Source: Casimicrobiaceae bacterium (GTDB lineage Bacteria > Pseudomonadota > Gammaproteobacteria > Burkholderiales > Casimicrobiaceae). Taken from it: 64,000 bases of DNA. Under the pieces are notes generated by a model that was given only the letters and a program-made list of their open reading frames with translations, did no database searches and was not told where the DNA came from. A program made the translations under genes and the position numbers. The DNA is taken from contig DATJXV010000011.1 in assembly GCA_035499955.1 (NCBI GenBank), positions 11,277 through 75,276 on the forward strand, read 5' to 3'. Positions 9,415 through 18,669 of the stretch are shown here, one piece after another. The stretch's first letter is position 1. The number at the start of each line of letters is the position of its first letter.

Positions 9415-9440
9415 AAAACGGGCGCCGCGGCGCCCGTTTT
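9415..9440. terminator. Probable intrinsic terminator downstream of efp
   Basis: Perfect 26-bp palindrome AAAACGGGCGCCG/CGGCGCCCGTTTT with T-tracts on both strands. Confidence 0.75.
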
Positions 9441-9460
9441 GTCGCTCGAAGCGAGGCTCG

Positions 9461-10015
9461 CTACACGCGGCGGCGGTACTCGCCCGTGCGGGTGTCGATC
9501 TCGATGCGGTCGCCGGTGGTGACGAACAGCGGGACCTGAACTTCAAAGCCGTTGGAAAGCTTCGCGGGCTTCATCACCTTGCCCGAGGTGTCGCCCTTGA
9601 CGGCGGGCTCGGTATAGGCAATCTCGCGGTCCACGGACGTGGGCAGCTCGACCGAGATGGCGCGGCCCTCGTAGAACGTGAGCTCGCATTGCAGCCCCTC
9701 CTCGAGGTAGTTGAGCGCCTCGCCCAGGTTGTCCTTCTCGACGTCGTATTGGTTGAACTCGCCGTCCATGAAGACGTACATCGGGTCGGCGAAGTACGAG
9801 TACGTGACGTCCTTCTTTTCAAGCTGGATCGTGTCGAACTTCTCGTCGGCACGGTAGATCGTCTCCGACGGGCTGCCCGACAGGAGATTCTTGAGCTTCA
9901 TCTTGACCACCGACGCGTTGCGGCCGGATTTGCTGAACTCGGCCTTCTGCACGACCATCGGATCCTTGCCGACCATGATCACGTTGCCGGCGCGCACTTC
10001 CTGAGCTTGTTTCAT
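9461..10015 (-). CDS. efp: Elongation factor P (Arg32 type)
   Basis: [11 protein letters not shown]...[10 protein letters not shown]...PAVKGDT...QVPLFV...IDTRTGEY; AGGA SD before ATG 10015; adjacent to earP. Confidence 0.97.
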   Translation of the reverse strand: MKQAQEVRAGNVIMVGKDPMVVQKAEFSKSGRNASVVKMKLKNLLSGSPSETIYRADEKFDTIQLEKKDVTYSYFADPMYVFMDGEFNQYDVEKDNLGEALNYLEEGLQCELTFYEGRAISVELPTSVDREIAYTEPAVKGDTSGKVMKPAKLSNGFEVQVPLFVTTGDRIEIDTRTGEYRRRV

Positions 10016-10086
10016 GACCGTTCCTAAGCGTCGGTGGCGGCGGTCCGCCACCCAAATCTGTAAATGGGGACTGGGTTCGGGAAACC

Positions 10087-10096
10087 TATAATTATA
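10087..10096. promoter_or_regulatory. Palindromic TATAATTATA; probable efp -10 box overlapping the earP stop
   Basis: TATAAT on both strands in an otherwise very GC-rich context; the earP TAA is at 10092-10094. Confidence 0.5.
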
Positions 10097-11273
10097 AACG
10101 ACTTTCACAGAACTTGACCAGCCCCTCGGCAAGGTCCGGCTGGCGCGCCAACGCGCGCGCCCAGGCCCGGGCGAGGACCGTGATCGCCGGCATCGCGGCG
10201 CGGTAACCGGGCCAGGCGTCCGATGTGGTGACGGGGTCGCCGGCATTCCAGGCGTACCAGAAAGTGCGCTGCGCGAGGCGGACGGCGTCGGGCAGGCCGC
10301 TCTCGATCCGCGTGAGGAAGGCGTCCATCTTCGTGAGGTGCGCGTCGTCCTCCTGCGGGTAGATGTGCCAGACGTACGGCTGCCCCGCCCACTGCGCGCG
10401 CATGAACGAGTCCTCGCCGCGCACGAAGTTGAGATCGCATGCCCAGAGTCGGCGGTCGAACGCGTCCTGGTCGACGAAGGGCACCACGTGGAGCGAAAGG
10501 CGTCCGCGCGCGAGTGGCGAGCCCGGGTGCGGCACCGCGCCGCCCGCCCACTGGTCGAGCGCGGAGCGGGCCACGCCGTCAGGCACGACGCACGTCACAG
10601 GCTCGTCGCCTTCCGCCCACGCGTCGAGCAGCGCAGGCAGCGCCGGATTGGTGTAGCAGAAGAGCGAGACGGTGAGCGCCCCTGGCGCGGGCGCTACCCC
10701 GATCGCGCGCCACATTCGCTCGCGGGCGGCATCGCCGCTGCGGAAGGCGTCGCGCGCTTCCAGCAGGCCCGCCTCGCGCAGCACGCCGCCGGTCTTCGAA
10801 GTGAATCCGGGAAACCAGAACCAGCGCGTGAGCGGCAGGCGCGGATGGCGGGAGGGCAGGGCGTGCGACGCGTCGATCCACGGCTCGGCCGAAAGGTACT
10901 CGAGCACGACCCACACCGGCGGGCGCGGTCGCGCCGCCATGGCCGCGAGATAGGGGTCGGGCAGGCCGCAGCCGAAGCCCTCGATCACGACGTCGGGCAG
11001 CGTGGAATCGCCCGGGGAGAGCGAGCTCAGCCGGCGCACGCGGACACCCGACGCGGCCTGGTCGGCGGCCTCGGCCGCAAGGCCGGGGACGAACCGCGCG
11101 AGGCTGCCTACGTCGTCGATCCAAAGCGTCACCGCGATCCCATGCTGCGCAGTGAGCTGGCGGGCGAGCCGCCAGCACACACCCGCGTCGCCGAAGTTGT
11201 CGACAACGCGACAGAAGACGTCCCAGCGCAGCGAGGGCGGCAAGGGGTTGGGTTCGTGACGTTCGTCCCCCAT
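10092..11273 (-). CDS. earP: EF-P arginine rhamnosyltransferase EarP
   Basis: [54 protein letters not shown]. True start may be slightly downstream, since TGCGATAAT overlaps the ATG. Confidence 0.96.
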   Translation of the reverse strand: MGDERHEPNPLPPSLRWDVFCRVVDNFGDAGVCWRLARQLTAQHGIAVTLWIDDVGSLARFVPGLAAEAADQAASGVRVRRLSSLSPGDSTLPDVVIEGFGCGLPDPYLAAMAARPRPPVWVVLEYLSAEPWIDASHALPSRHPRLPLTRWFWFPGFTSKTGGVLREAGLLEARDAFRSGDAARERMWRAIGVAPAPGALTVSLFCYTNPALPALLDAWAEGDEPVTCVVPDGVARSALDQWAGGAVPHPGSPLARGRLSLHVVPFVDQDAFDRRLWACDLNFVRGEDSFMRAQWAGQPYVWHIYPQEDDAHLTKMDAFLTRIESGLPDAVRLAQRTFWYAWNAGDPVTTSDAWPGYRAAMPAITVLARAWARALARQPDLAEGLVKFCESRL

Positions 11274-11317
11274 TATCGCAAGTGGCGCACCGGCGCGCCG
11301 ATACCTCGTCCACCGCC

Positions 11318-11971
11318 ATGCTCGGAGCCTTCCCCATCGACGTCGTCTCGGATGTCGTCTGCCCCTGGTGCTACATCGGCAAGCGGCGCCTCGAGGCGGC
11401 GCTCGCGCGGCTGCGCCAATCCGAACCCGACTTCCTGTACGAGATCCGCTGGCATCCGTTCCAGCTCAATCCCGACTTGCCCCCCTCGGGCGTGGACCGC
11501 CGCGAGTATCTCGAACGGAAATTCGGCGGACCGGATCGCGCGCGGGAGATCTACGCTCGCGTGAGCGCGGCCGGGGAGAGCGTGGGCATTCCCTTCGCGT
11601 TCGATGCAATCGCACGGCAGCCCAATACGCTCGACGCGCATCGCCTCGTGGCGTGGGCGCAGGCCAGGCGCGAAGGCGACCCCGACGCGCTCGTGGAGGC
11701 GCTCTTCAAGGCCTACTTCGTGGAAGGCCGCTACGTCGGCGACCGCGAGGAGCTCGCGAAGCTCGCGGCGGCGGCAGGCTACGATCCTTCCGACGCGCGC
11801 GCCTTGCTCGCGTCCTCCGAGCTCGCTGACGGCGTGGCCGACGCCGACCGCCGCGCACGCGAAATGGGCATCGGCGGCGTGCCGCTCTTCATCTTCGGAG
11901 GCAAGACGGCGGTGTCCGGGGCGCACGAGCCGGAGACGCTGCTCGATGCGATAGCTCAGGCCCGAAAATAG
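11318..11971 (+). CDS. DsbA-family (FrnE-like) oxidoreductase
   Basis: IDVVSDVVCPWCYIGKRRL, WHPFQLNP, PNTLDAHRL, GIGGVPLF, SGAHEPE. Confidence 0.9.
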   Translation: MLGAFPIDVVSDVVCPWCYIGKRRLEAALARLRQSEPDFLYEIRWHPFQLNPDLPPSGVDRREYLERKFGGPDRAREIYARVSAAGESVGIPFAFDAIARQPNTLDAHRLVAWAQARREGDPDALVEALFKAYFVEGRYVGDREELAKLAAAAGYDPSDARALLASSELADGVADADRRAREMGIGGVPLFIFGGKTAVSGAHEPETLLDAIAQARK

Positions 11972-12058
11972 GGTCAGACCCCATTACAAGGCCTGTCCCC
12001 ATTTCCGGGGGTCCGGAAAAAAGGTGCCGGGCCTTGTAATGGGGTCTGACCCTATTTT
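11965..12058. repeat. REP-like palindromic element, copy 1
   Basis: Perfect 29-bp inverted repeat AAAATAGGGTCAGACCCCATTACAAGGCC (11965-11993 / 12030-12058) filling the gap between convergent genes. Confidence 0.85.
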
Positions 12059-13854
12059 CAGAACGCGTCGTCCCAGGGGATCGACAGCCGTATCGCGGAG
12101 TTGATGAGCCCCACCATGCTGTAGGTCTGGACGAAGTTGCCCCACAGCTCGCCCGACACGGGATCGATGTGCTCGGCCAGAAGGCCATGCCGGTTGCGAT
12201 AGCTCAGCAGATGCGTGAAAAGCGCTCGCGCCTCCTCGCGGCGCCCGATCGCCCCGAGCGCGTCGACGAGCCAGAACGTGCAGACGAAAAAGGCGTTCGA
12301 CGGCACGCCGAAGTCGTCCTTCTCCATGTAGCGGAACACGAAGTCGCCGCGCTTGAGCGCCCTTTCGACGGCGATCACGGTGGCGACGTAGCGCGGATCG
12401 TCCGCCGGGAGGAAGTTGAGCTCGGCCAGGAGCAGCAGGCTCGCGTCGAGCTGGCGGCTGTCCACGGCCGCGACGAAGCAGCCCTGCTCCGCGTCGAAGC
12501 AGCGCGCGAGAACGAACGCACGGATGCGGTCGGCGTCGGCCCGCCACTGGGTCGCGCGATCGTGCAGCGCCAGCCGCGCCGCGATGCGCGCGAGCCGGTC
12601 GCACGCCGCCCAGCACATCACGCTCGAGAACGTATGCACCCGCGTGTTGCCGCGCAGCTCCCACAATCCCGCGTCCGGCTGGTCGTGCATCGCGATCGCG
12701 CGCCGGCCGAGCGGCTCGAGCCGCTCGAACAGCGCGACGTCGCCGCGCTGCGTGAGACGCTCGTCGAAGAACACGTGCGTGGCGGCCAGGATGGCGGAGC
12801 CGTACACATCGTGCTGGACCTGCCGCCACGCGTCGTTGCCGACGCGCACGGGCCCCATTCCGCGATAGCCGGGCAGCGTCTCCTCGACGCGCTCGGTGAG
12901 CTGCGGGCTGCCGCTGATCCGGTAGACGGGCTGGATCGGGCCGTCGGCGGCCGACGCCGCGATGGTCACGAGGTAGGACAGATAGCGCTCCATCGTCGCC
13001 GTGGCCCCGAGACGGTTGAGGGCATTCACGACGAAGTAGCCGTCGCGCAGCCAGCAGAAGCGGTAGTCCCAGTTGCGGCCGGAGTTCGGCGCCTCGGGCA
13101 GCGACGTCGTCATCGCAGCGACGATGGCCCCCGTGTCGTCGTATGCGTTGAGCTTCAGGGTGATGGCGGCGCGGATCACCGCGGCCTGCCACTCGAACGG
13201 GATGGCGAGGCCGCGAACCCACTCGCGCCAGTGCGTCGCCGTCTCCTCGATGAACCGGCGGCCGAGCTCGGTGAGATGCTCGGGAATCGTCTCGTCGGCG
13301 CCGAGCATGAGCGTGACCGTGTCCTCGACGAAGAAGGGCCGCTCCTCGAGGATGGCGGTGAGCGACGCATCGGTGGTGAGGCGCAGCGCGAGATCGTCGG
13401 TCACGTAGCGCACGTGATGGCTGCCCGTCGTCACCGCGGGGCGCGTGCGGCCGTAGCCGAAGATCGGCCGCAGACGCACGATGACGCGCGGGCTGCCGGT
13501 GATCCGGCGCAGGCGGCGTGCGATCGTGAGGGGCTGGTGCAGCCGGCCGTGGCGCATGAAGCGCGGCACGCAATCGGTGATCTCCACCACGCCGCCGCTC
13601 CGGTCCGTCATGCGCGTGACGAGCACCGCCGTATTGTCGAGATAGGCTTGCGTGATATCGGCGCGGTCGACGAGCTCGATCGCCCATACGCCGCGCGCTT
13701 CGGCGGGTGGCGTCGTGTCGAGCAGCCGACAGAACACGGGATCGCCGTCGAACGCGGGAAAAGAGCACCAGACGATCGACGCCTCGGCGTCGACCAGCGC
13801 GCCGATGCGCCCGTTGCCGACCAACGCAAGCTCGAGACTCGGCGACGTGATCAT
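12058..13854 (-). CDS. Glycoside hydrolase family 15 (trehalase/glucoamylase-like)
   Basis: LALVGNG, GAIVAAMTTSLPE, RNWDYRFCWLRD, QHDVYG, GLWELRG, GLLAEH, GNFVQTYS; directly downstream of otsB. Confidence 0.92.
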   Translation of the reverse strand: MITSPSLELALVGNGRIGALVDAEASIVWCSFPAFDGDPVFCRLLDTTPPAEARGVWAIELVDRADITQAYLDNTAVLVTRMTDRSGGVVEITDCVPRFMRHGRLHQPLTIARRLRRITGSPRVIVRLRPIFGYGRTRPAVTTGSHHVRYVTDDLALRLTTDASLTAILEERPFFVEDTVTLMLGADETIPEHLTELGRRFIEETATHWREWVRGLAIPFEWQAAVIRAAITLKLNAYDDTGAIVAAMTTSLPEAPNSGRNWDYRFCWLRDGYFVVNALNRLGATATMERYLSYLVTIAASAADGPIQPVYRISGSPQLTERVEETLPGYRGMGPVRVGNDAWRQVQHDVYGSAILAATHVFFDERLTQRGDVALFERLEPLGRRAIAMHDQPDAGLWELRGNTRVHTFSSVMCWAACDRLARIAARLALHDRATQWRADADRIRAFVLARCFDAEQGCFVAAVDSRQLDASLLLLAELNFLPADDPRYVATVIAVERALKRGDFVFRYMEKDDFGVPSNAFFVCTFWLVDALGAIGRREEARALFTHLLSYRNRHGLLAEHIDPVSGELWGNFVQTYSMVGLINSAIRLSIPWDDAF

Positions 13855-13864
13855 GAATGCGGCC

Positions 13865-14674
13865 TTAGGAAGCGCCGTTCGCGTCGGCCGCAAGCGTGGG
13901 CATCGGCGCCACCGGCGCAAGCAGCCATCGTCCGACCGCCGGAACGTCGGCGAGCCGGAAGCGCGCGACGGTGCGGCCCGTCCCGACCTTGACCGTCCAG
14001 CCGCCCAGGCGCTCGACCGTGGCGAAGCCGTGCTCGTCCGTGAGATCGTCGCCGACGAAAACGGGAAGGCGACCCGCGAACGGTGCTTCCGCCATGAAGT
14101 CGGCGATGGCGGTGCCCTTGTCGCGGCCGTCGGGGCGCACTTCGAGCAGCATCTTGCCGGGCTGCAACGTGTAGCCGCCGGCATGGCGCAGCGAGCGGCG
14201 CAGCGTGCGGCGAACCTGCGATGCGATCTCGGGCGAGGCGCGATAGTGCAGCGCGATGGAGGCGCCCTTGGTCTCGATCAGAAGCGACGGATGCCGCTTG
14301 GCGAGCCGCCTGAACAGCCTGCACAGGCGCGCGTAGGTATCGCCGCGCGGCGCGTGCAGATGGATGGCGCCGGTCGCGTCGCGCCGCTCGCAGCCGTGCT
14401 GGCCCGCCATCGGAAGCTTCATTCCGGGGAAGAGCAGGTCGGCGTTCGTGATGGCGCGGCCCGTGACGAGCGCGAGCGCGCCGCCCAGGTCCTGCACGAG
14501 GCACGGCAGCGCCGCGGCGATCTGCGCGTCGATGTGTACGGCATCGGGCACCTGCGCGAGCTCGGCGAGCGTGCCGTCGATGTCGAGGAACAGCGCGCAA
14601 TCGCGCGCGAGCGGCGGCGGAGGCGGGCGCACGAAGCGCGCCGGCCGCTCGGTGGGAATCGCGGTGTCATCCAT
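13865..14674 (-). CDS. otsB: Trehalose-6-phosphate phosphatase
   Basis: HAD motif LFLDIDGTL, LVTGR, AGQHGCE, DKGTAI, FVGDDLTDE. Confidence 0.93.
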   Translation of the reverse strand: MDDTAIPTERPARFVRPPPPPLARDCALFLDIDGTLAELAQVPDAVHIDAQIAAALPCLVQDLGGALALVTGRAITNADLLFPGMKLPMAGQHGCERRDATGAIHLHAPRGDTYARLCRLFRRLAKRHPSLLIETKGASIALHYRASPEIASQVRRTLRRSLRHAGGYTLQPGKMLLEVRPDGRDKGTAIADFMAEAPFAGRLPVFVGDDLTDEHGFATVERLGGWTVKVGTGRTVARFRLADVPAVGRWLLAPVAPMPTLAADANGAS

Positions 14675-14678
14675 GCGG

Positions 14679-16907
14679 TCAAACCGCTTGTGCCTCCACC
14701 TGGTCGCGGAAGCGCTTGCGGTGGCGCGTGGCGGCCGCGTCGAGCAGCATGCGACCCGCCCAGCGATAGACGTTGAATTCGCGGATGATGTTTCGCATCA
14801 GGCGCATGCGGTCGCGCTGCTCGTCCTCGGACATGGCGAGCGCAACCTCCAGCGCCTCAGCGCACTGCTCGGCGTCGTACGGATTGACGATGAGGGCTTC
14901 GGGGAGCTCGCGCGATGCGCCGGCGAACTGCGACAGCACGAGCACGCCGCGCTCGTCTTCGTGCGAGGCGACGAACTCCTTGGCCACGAGGTTCATGCCG
15001 TCGTGCAGGCTGCTGACGACACAGATGTCGGCGGCGCGCATGTATTCGTACACGAGGTCGGGCTCGTGGTGCTCCGCGAGCAGGACGATCGGCGGATGCG
15101 CCGCGCCCGCGTAGCGCGAATTGATCTCCTCTACGCGGCGGTGCACGCGCCGGGCGTAGCTTTGGTAGTCGCCGATGGTGCCGCGCGACGGCGCCGCGAT
15201 CTGGATGAACGTGAACTTGCCGATCCACTCGGGCTGGCGCTCGAACAGCCGCGCGACGGCCTCGATGCGCTCGACGATGCCCTTCGTGTAATCGAGGCGC
15301 TCCACGCCCAAGCCGACCTTGTGGTTGCGCGGCAGGCTGAAGCGGACGCGCACGCGCTCGCGCGCCTCGTCGATCGGAAGGGCGCGGGCGAGCGGCGCCG
15401 GCGGCCACTCGATCGAGATCGGATAGCGATGCACGGCGGTCCGGCTGCCCCGGCAGACCACGGCCGACGTCTCGCGGTCGATGCGCGCCTCGACGAAGCG
15501 GTCCACGGACTCCAGGAAATTGTTGACGTGGAACTGCGTGTGGAAGCCCAGGATGTCGCTGCCGAGGAGGCCGTGGAGCAGCTCCACGCGCCACGGGCAG
15601 ATCGCGAACGCCTCCGGGTTGGGCCACGGGATGTGCCAGAAGGCGATGATCGTCGCCTTCGGCAGGCGCTCGCGGATCATGCGCGGCAGGAGCGCGAAGT
15701 GGTAATCCTGCACGAGCACGACCGGGTCGTCGCTCACCGCTTCCTTCGCCACGGCATCGGCGAATTTCGCGTTGACCGCCCGGTATTGCTCCCAGTCGGC
15801 GGCGCGGAAGATCGGCCTTACGTGCGCGATGTGGCAAAGCGGCCACATGCCTTCGTTGGCGAAACCCTCGTAGTAGCCCGCGATCTCCTGCGGCGTGAGC
15901 CACAGGCGCCGGATGTGATATGCCGGCTTGCCGGGCGGCACCGCCACGCGATCATGCTTGTCGACTGTGTCGCGGTCCGCGCTGCCGCTGCCGTGCGCGA
16001 TCCACGTCCCGGAGCACGCCCGCATCACCGGCTCGAGCGCGGTCACGAGGCCGCTGGCCGGATGCTGCACGCGAACGCCGTCGGGCGTCTTCACGTGGAT
16101 GTACGGCTCGCGGTTGCTCACGATGATCACTTCGTTGCCGCGCATCTCGCCGCGCAGCACGGCGCGCAGCGTGTCCTGCGTCCAGCGCTGCTGTGTCTCG
16201 TCGGTGGGCCGGAACTGGTGCTCGAGCTCGCGCAGGAGTGCCTGCACGTCGCGGGCGATGGGCTTCAGCTCCGGCGCCGTCCCCGCGGACGGCCGCAGGA
16301 TGCCCTCGCCGCGCAGGAGAGCGCGCAGCCCTGCGACCCAGCCGCGCCAGGACAGCTGCGCGATCACGACCGTGATGAGCGCCACGCTCAGCGTGAGCGC
16401 GGCGAAGAAGTAGAACAGATACCGGCGCGTCTCCTCGCTGCGCTGCTCGATGAAGCTCATGTCGTGCACGAGCACGAGGTTCGCGCCGTCGGCGGCGTCG
16501 GCGCCGCCGAGGTCGAGGTGGCGAACCGTCACCTGGACCACCCCTCGGGGCGTGCGCAGCAAGTGCTCGCCGCCGGTCATGAAGGGCGCGAGCGCGTCGC
16601 AGCGCACCTCGCCGGGGAACGCGCCGGTCGCGATCGGCGAGGCGCTGTCGGACATGCACAGCCCCACGGCGTACAGGCGCTCGTCGGTGGTCAAGCGCTG
16701 GAAGAAGGCGAGGATGCGCGCCGGCGAGGCGGCCTTGACCATCTCTCCGAGCGGCTCCTGGACCGTGTTCGCGATGAGGTTGCTGCGTATGTCGAGGTCG
16801 CGCACGAACCACCGCGTGGTCAGCGCGTCCACCAGCGGTACCGCCGCGTAAGCGAAGAGCGCGAGCGCGACGAGCAACGGAACGAGAAAGCGAAGCGTCA
16901 GGCGCAT
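14679..16907 (-). CDS. otsA: Trehalose-6-phosphate synthase (GT20) with N-terminal TM-periplasmic-TM extension
   Basis: [63 protein letters not shown]. The first ~200 aa contain two hydrophobic helices. Confidence 0.92.
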   Translation of the reverse strand: MRLTLRFLVPLLVALALFAYAAVPLVDALTTRWFVRDLDIRSNLIANTVQEPLGEMVKAASPARILAFFQRLTTDERLYAVGLCMSDSASPIATGAFPGEVRCDALAPFMTGGEHLLRTPRGVVQVTVRHLDLGGADAADGANLVLVHDMSFIEQRSEETRRYLFYFFAALTLSVALITVVIAQLSWRGWVAGLRALLRGEGILRPSAGTAPELKPIARDVQALLRELEHQFRPTDETQQRWTQDTLRAVLRGEMRGNEVIIVSNREPYIHVKTPDGVRVQHPASGLVTALEPVMRACSGTWIAHGSGSADRDTVDKHDRVAVPPGKPAYHIRRLWLTPQEIAGYYEGFANEGMWPLCHIAHVRPIFRAADWEQYRAVNAKFADAVAKEAVSDDPVVLVQDYHFALLPRMIRERLPKATIIAFWHIPWPNPEAFAICPWRVELLHGLLGSDILGFHTQFHVNNFLESVDRFVEARIDRETSAVVCRGSRTAVHRYPISIEWPPAPLARALPIDEARERVRVRFSLPRNHKVGLGVERLDYTKGIVERIEAVARLFERQPEWIGKFTFIQIAAPSRGTIGDYQSYARRVHRRVEEINSRYAGAAHPPIVLLAEHHEPDLVYEYMRAADICVVSSLHDGMNLVAKEFVASHEDERGVLVLSQFAGASRELPEALIVNPYDAEQCAEALEVALAMSEDEQRDRMRLMRNIIREFNVYRWAGRMLLDAAATRHRKRFRDQVEAQAV

Positions 16908-17087
16908 GAAGAGAAGCCGCGGCGGGGCATCGGCCGTGCGAGGCAAGCGCCATCCTACTGCGCCGCCGGCGTCGGGCGACAGGCCGCAACCGCTCGGCGC
17001 GGCGTAAGACACGTCCTACATGGAACCGCTCTACAGATGCCGCGGAGCGCCTACAATTGCACGCATGTACCGGCTGACGGAGGCAGC

Positions 17088-17507
17088 ATGATCACGAAGC
17101 TCCTGCTGGGCTACGACGGCTCAGCCTCGGCGGAGCGCGCGCTGGGGTACGCGATCGAGACCGCCGAGCTCCACGGCGCGGAGCTGCACGTGCTCGCGGT
17201 GGCGCGGCCGCCCGACCTCGGCACCGAGATCGAGGTGGAGCCCGTCATCGAACGCGAGTTGAAGCACTACGAAACGGTCCTGGCCGGCGTGGCCGAGCGG
17301 CTGTCGGGCAGCAAGGTGACGACGCGTTCGGAGGTCGTCGTCGGGCACCCGGCCGAGCAGATCCTGCGCTACGCGGAGACGCACGGCATCGACCACATCG
17401 TCGTCGGCAATCGCGGGCGCAGTTTGTTCGAGCGGCTCCTGCTGGGCTCGATCGCCCGCCAGGTCGTCGCGCACGCGCCGTGCAACGTGACGATCGTGCG
17501 CGCCTAG
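17088..17507 (+). CDS. Universal stress protein (UspA family)
   Basis: MITKLLLGYDGS...GHPAEQIL...IVVGNRG...LLGSIARQVVAHAPCNVTIV; GGAGG SD; TACAAT at 17052-17057. Confidence 0.92.
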   Translation: MITKLLLGYDGSASAERALGYAIETAELHGAELHVLAVARPPDLGTEIEVEPVIERELKHYETVLAGVAERLSGSKVTTRSEVVVGHPAEQILRYAETHGIDHIVVGNRGRSLFERLLLGSIARQVVAHAPCNVTIVRA

Positions 17508-18661
17508 GCTCCTTGGGAAGCGTAGCCGAGGCCGAGCGCCCGCAGGCGCTCGATCGCCGCGTCGTCGAAGCCCCAGTCGGATAGCGCGGCGCGGCCGTGC
17601 GCGCCCCGCTCGGGCGGCGCGCCGCGCACCGCGCCGGGCGTGCGCGAGAAATGCGGCGCCGGGGCCGGCTGCGTCACTCCACCGACGGTGACGTGCGCAC
17701 CTCGCGCCTTCGCGTGCGGATGCGCCGCGGCTTCGGCGAACGACAGCACCGGCGCTGCGCAGGCGTCCGATCCCGCGAAGATCGCGTCCCATTCGTCGCG
17801 CGTCTTGCCCGCGAACGCGCGAGCGAGGCGTTCGCGCAGCGCGGGCCAGCCTCCGCGATCGTGCTGTGCCGGCAGCGCCTCCCCGGCGATCCCGAGCCGA
17901 GCCAGGAGGTCGGCGTAGAACTTGGGCTCGATCGCACCTACCGCGAAGTGCATGCCGTCGCTCGTCTGGTACACGTCGTACCAGGGCGCGCCGGTGTCGA
18001 GCGCGTTGACGCCGCGCTCGTCGCGCCAGGTTCCCGCGGCGCGCATGCCCCAGACCATCGTGGCGAGAAGGCCGGAGCCTTCGACCATCGCGGCGTCGAT
18101 GACCTGGCCACGGCCGCTGCGCTGCGTTTCGAGCAGCGCGCTCACGACGCCGAAGGCGAGCATCATTCCGCCGCCGCCGAAATCGCCGAGCATGTTGAGC
18201 GGCGGCACCGGCGCGCCGCCGGCGCGGCCGATGGCGTGCAGCACGCCGGACAGCGCGATGTAGTCGATGTCGTGACCCGCACGCGGGGCCATCGGGCCGT
18301 CCTGTCCCCACCCGGTCATGCGGCCGATGACGAGGCGCGGGTTGCTGTCGAGGAGGGTCTGCGGGCCGAGACCGAGGCGCTCCATCACGCCGGGTCGGAA
18401 GCCCTCGATCAGCGCATCGGCCTTCCCGGCGAGCGCCAGCACGACCTGCGCGCCTCGCGCCGATTTCAGGTCGAGGGTCACCGAGCGGCGGCCGCGGCGC
18501 ATCGCGTCGAAGCGGCGCTCGCGATCGACACCGAGACCGGGATCGTCGCGGCGGTCGACGAGCAGGACGTCAGCGCCCATGTCGGCGAGCATCATGCCGC
18601 AGAACGGCACGGGGCCGACGGCCTCGAGCTCGAGGATGCGCAGGCCGGTGAGCGGACCCAT
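17504..18661 (-). CDS. CaiB/BaiF family III CoA-transferase / alpha-methylacyl-CoA racemase-like
   Basis: GPVPFCGMMLADMGADV, LIEGFRPGVMERLGLG, GHDIDYIALSG, LGDFGGGG. Confidence 0.92.
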   Translation of the reverse strand: MGPLTGLRILELEAVGPVPFCGMMLADMGADVLLVDRRDDPGLGVDRERRFDAMRRGRRSVTLDLKSARGAQVVLALAGKADALIEGFRPGVMERLGLGPQTLLDSNPRLVIGRMTGWGQDGPMAPRAGHDIDYIALSGVLHAIGRAGGAPVPPLNMLGDFGGGGMMLAFGVVSALLETQRSGRGQVIDAAMVEGSGLLATMVWGMRAAGTWRDERGVNALDTGAPWYDVYQTSDGMHFAVGAIEPKFYADLLARLGIAGEALPAQHDRGGWPALRERLARAFAGKTRDEWDAIFAGSDACAAPVLSFAEAAAHPHAKARGAHVTVGGVTQPAPAPHFSRTPGAVRGAPPERGAHGRAALSDWGFDDAAIERLRALGLGYASQGA

Positions 18662-18669
18662 GATCGCTC

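Noticed and set aside
9461-11273. efp-earP as a novel system
   Set aside because: EF-P Arg rhamnosylation is well described in Beta/Gammaproteobacteria.
14364-17507. 1047-aa plus-strand ORF
   Set aside because: Antisense shadow of otsA/otsB fused in frame to the genuine USP, which starts at 17088 with its own SD.
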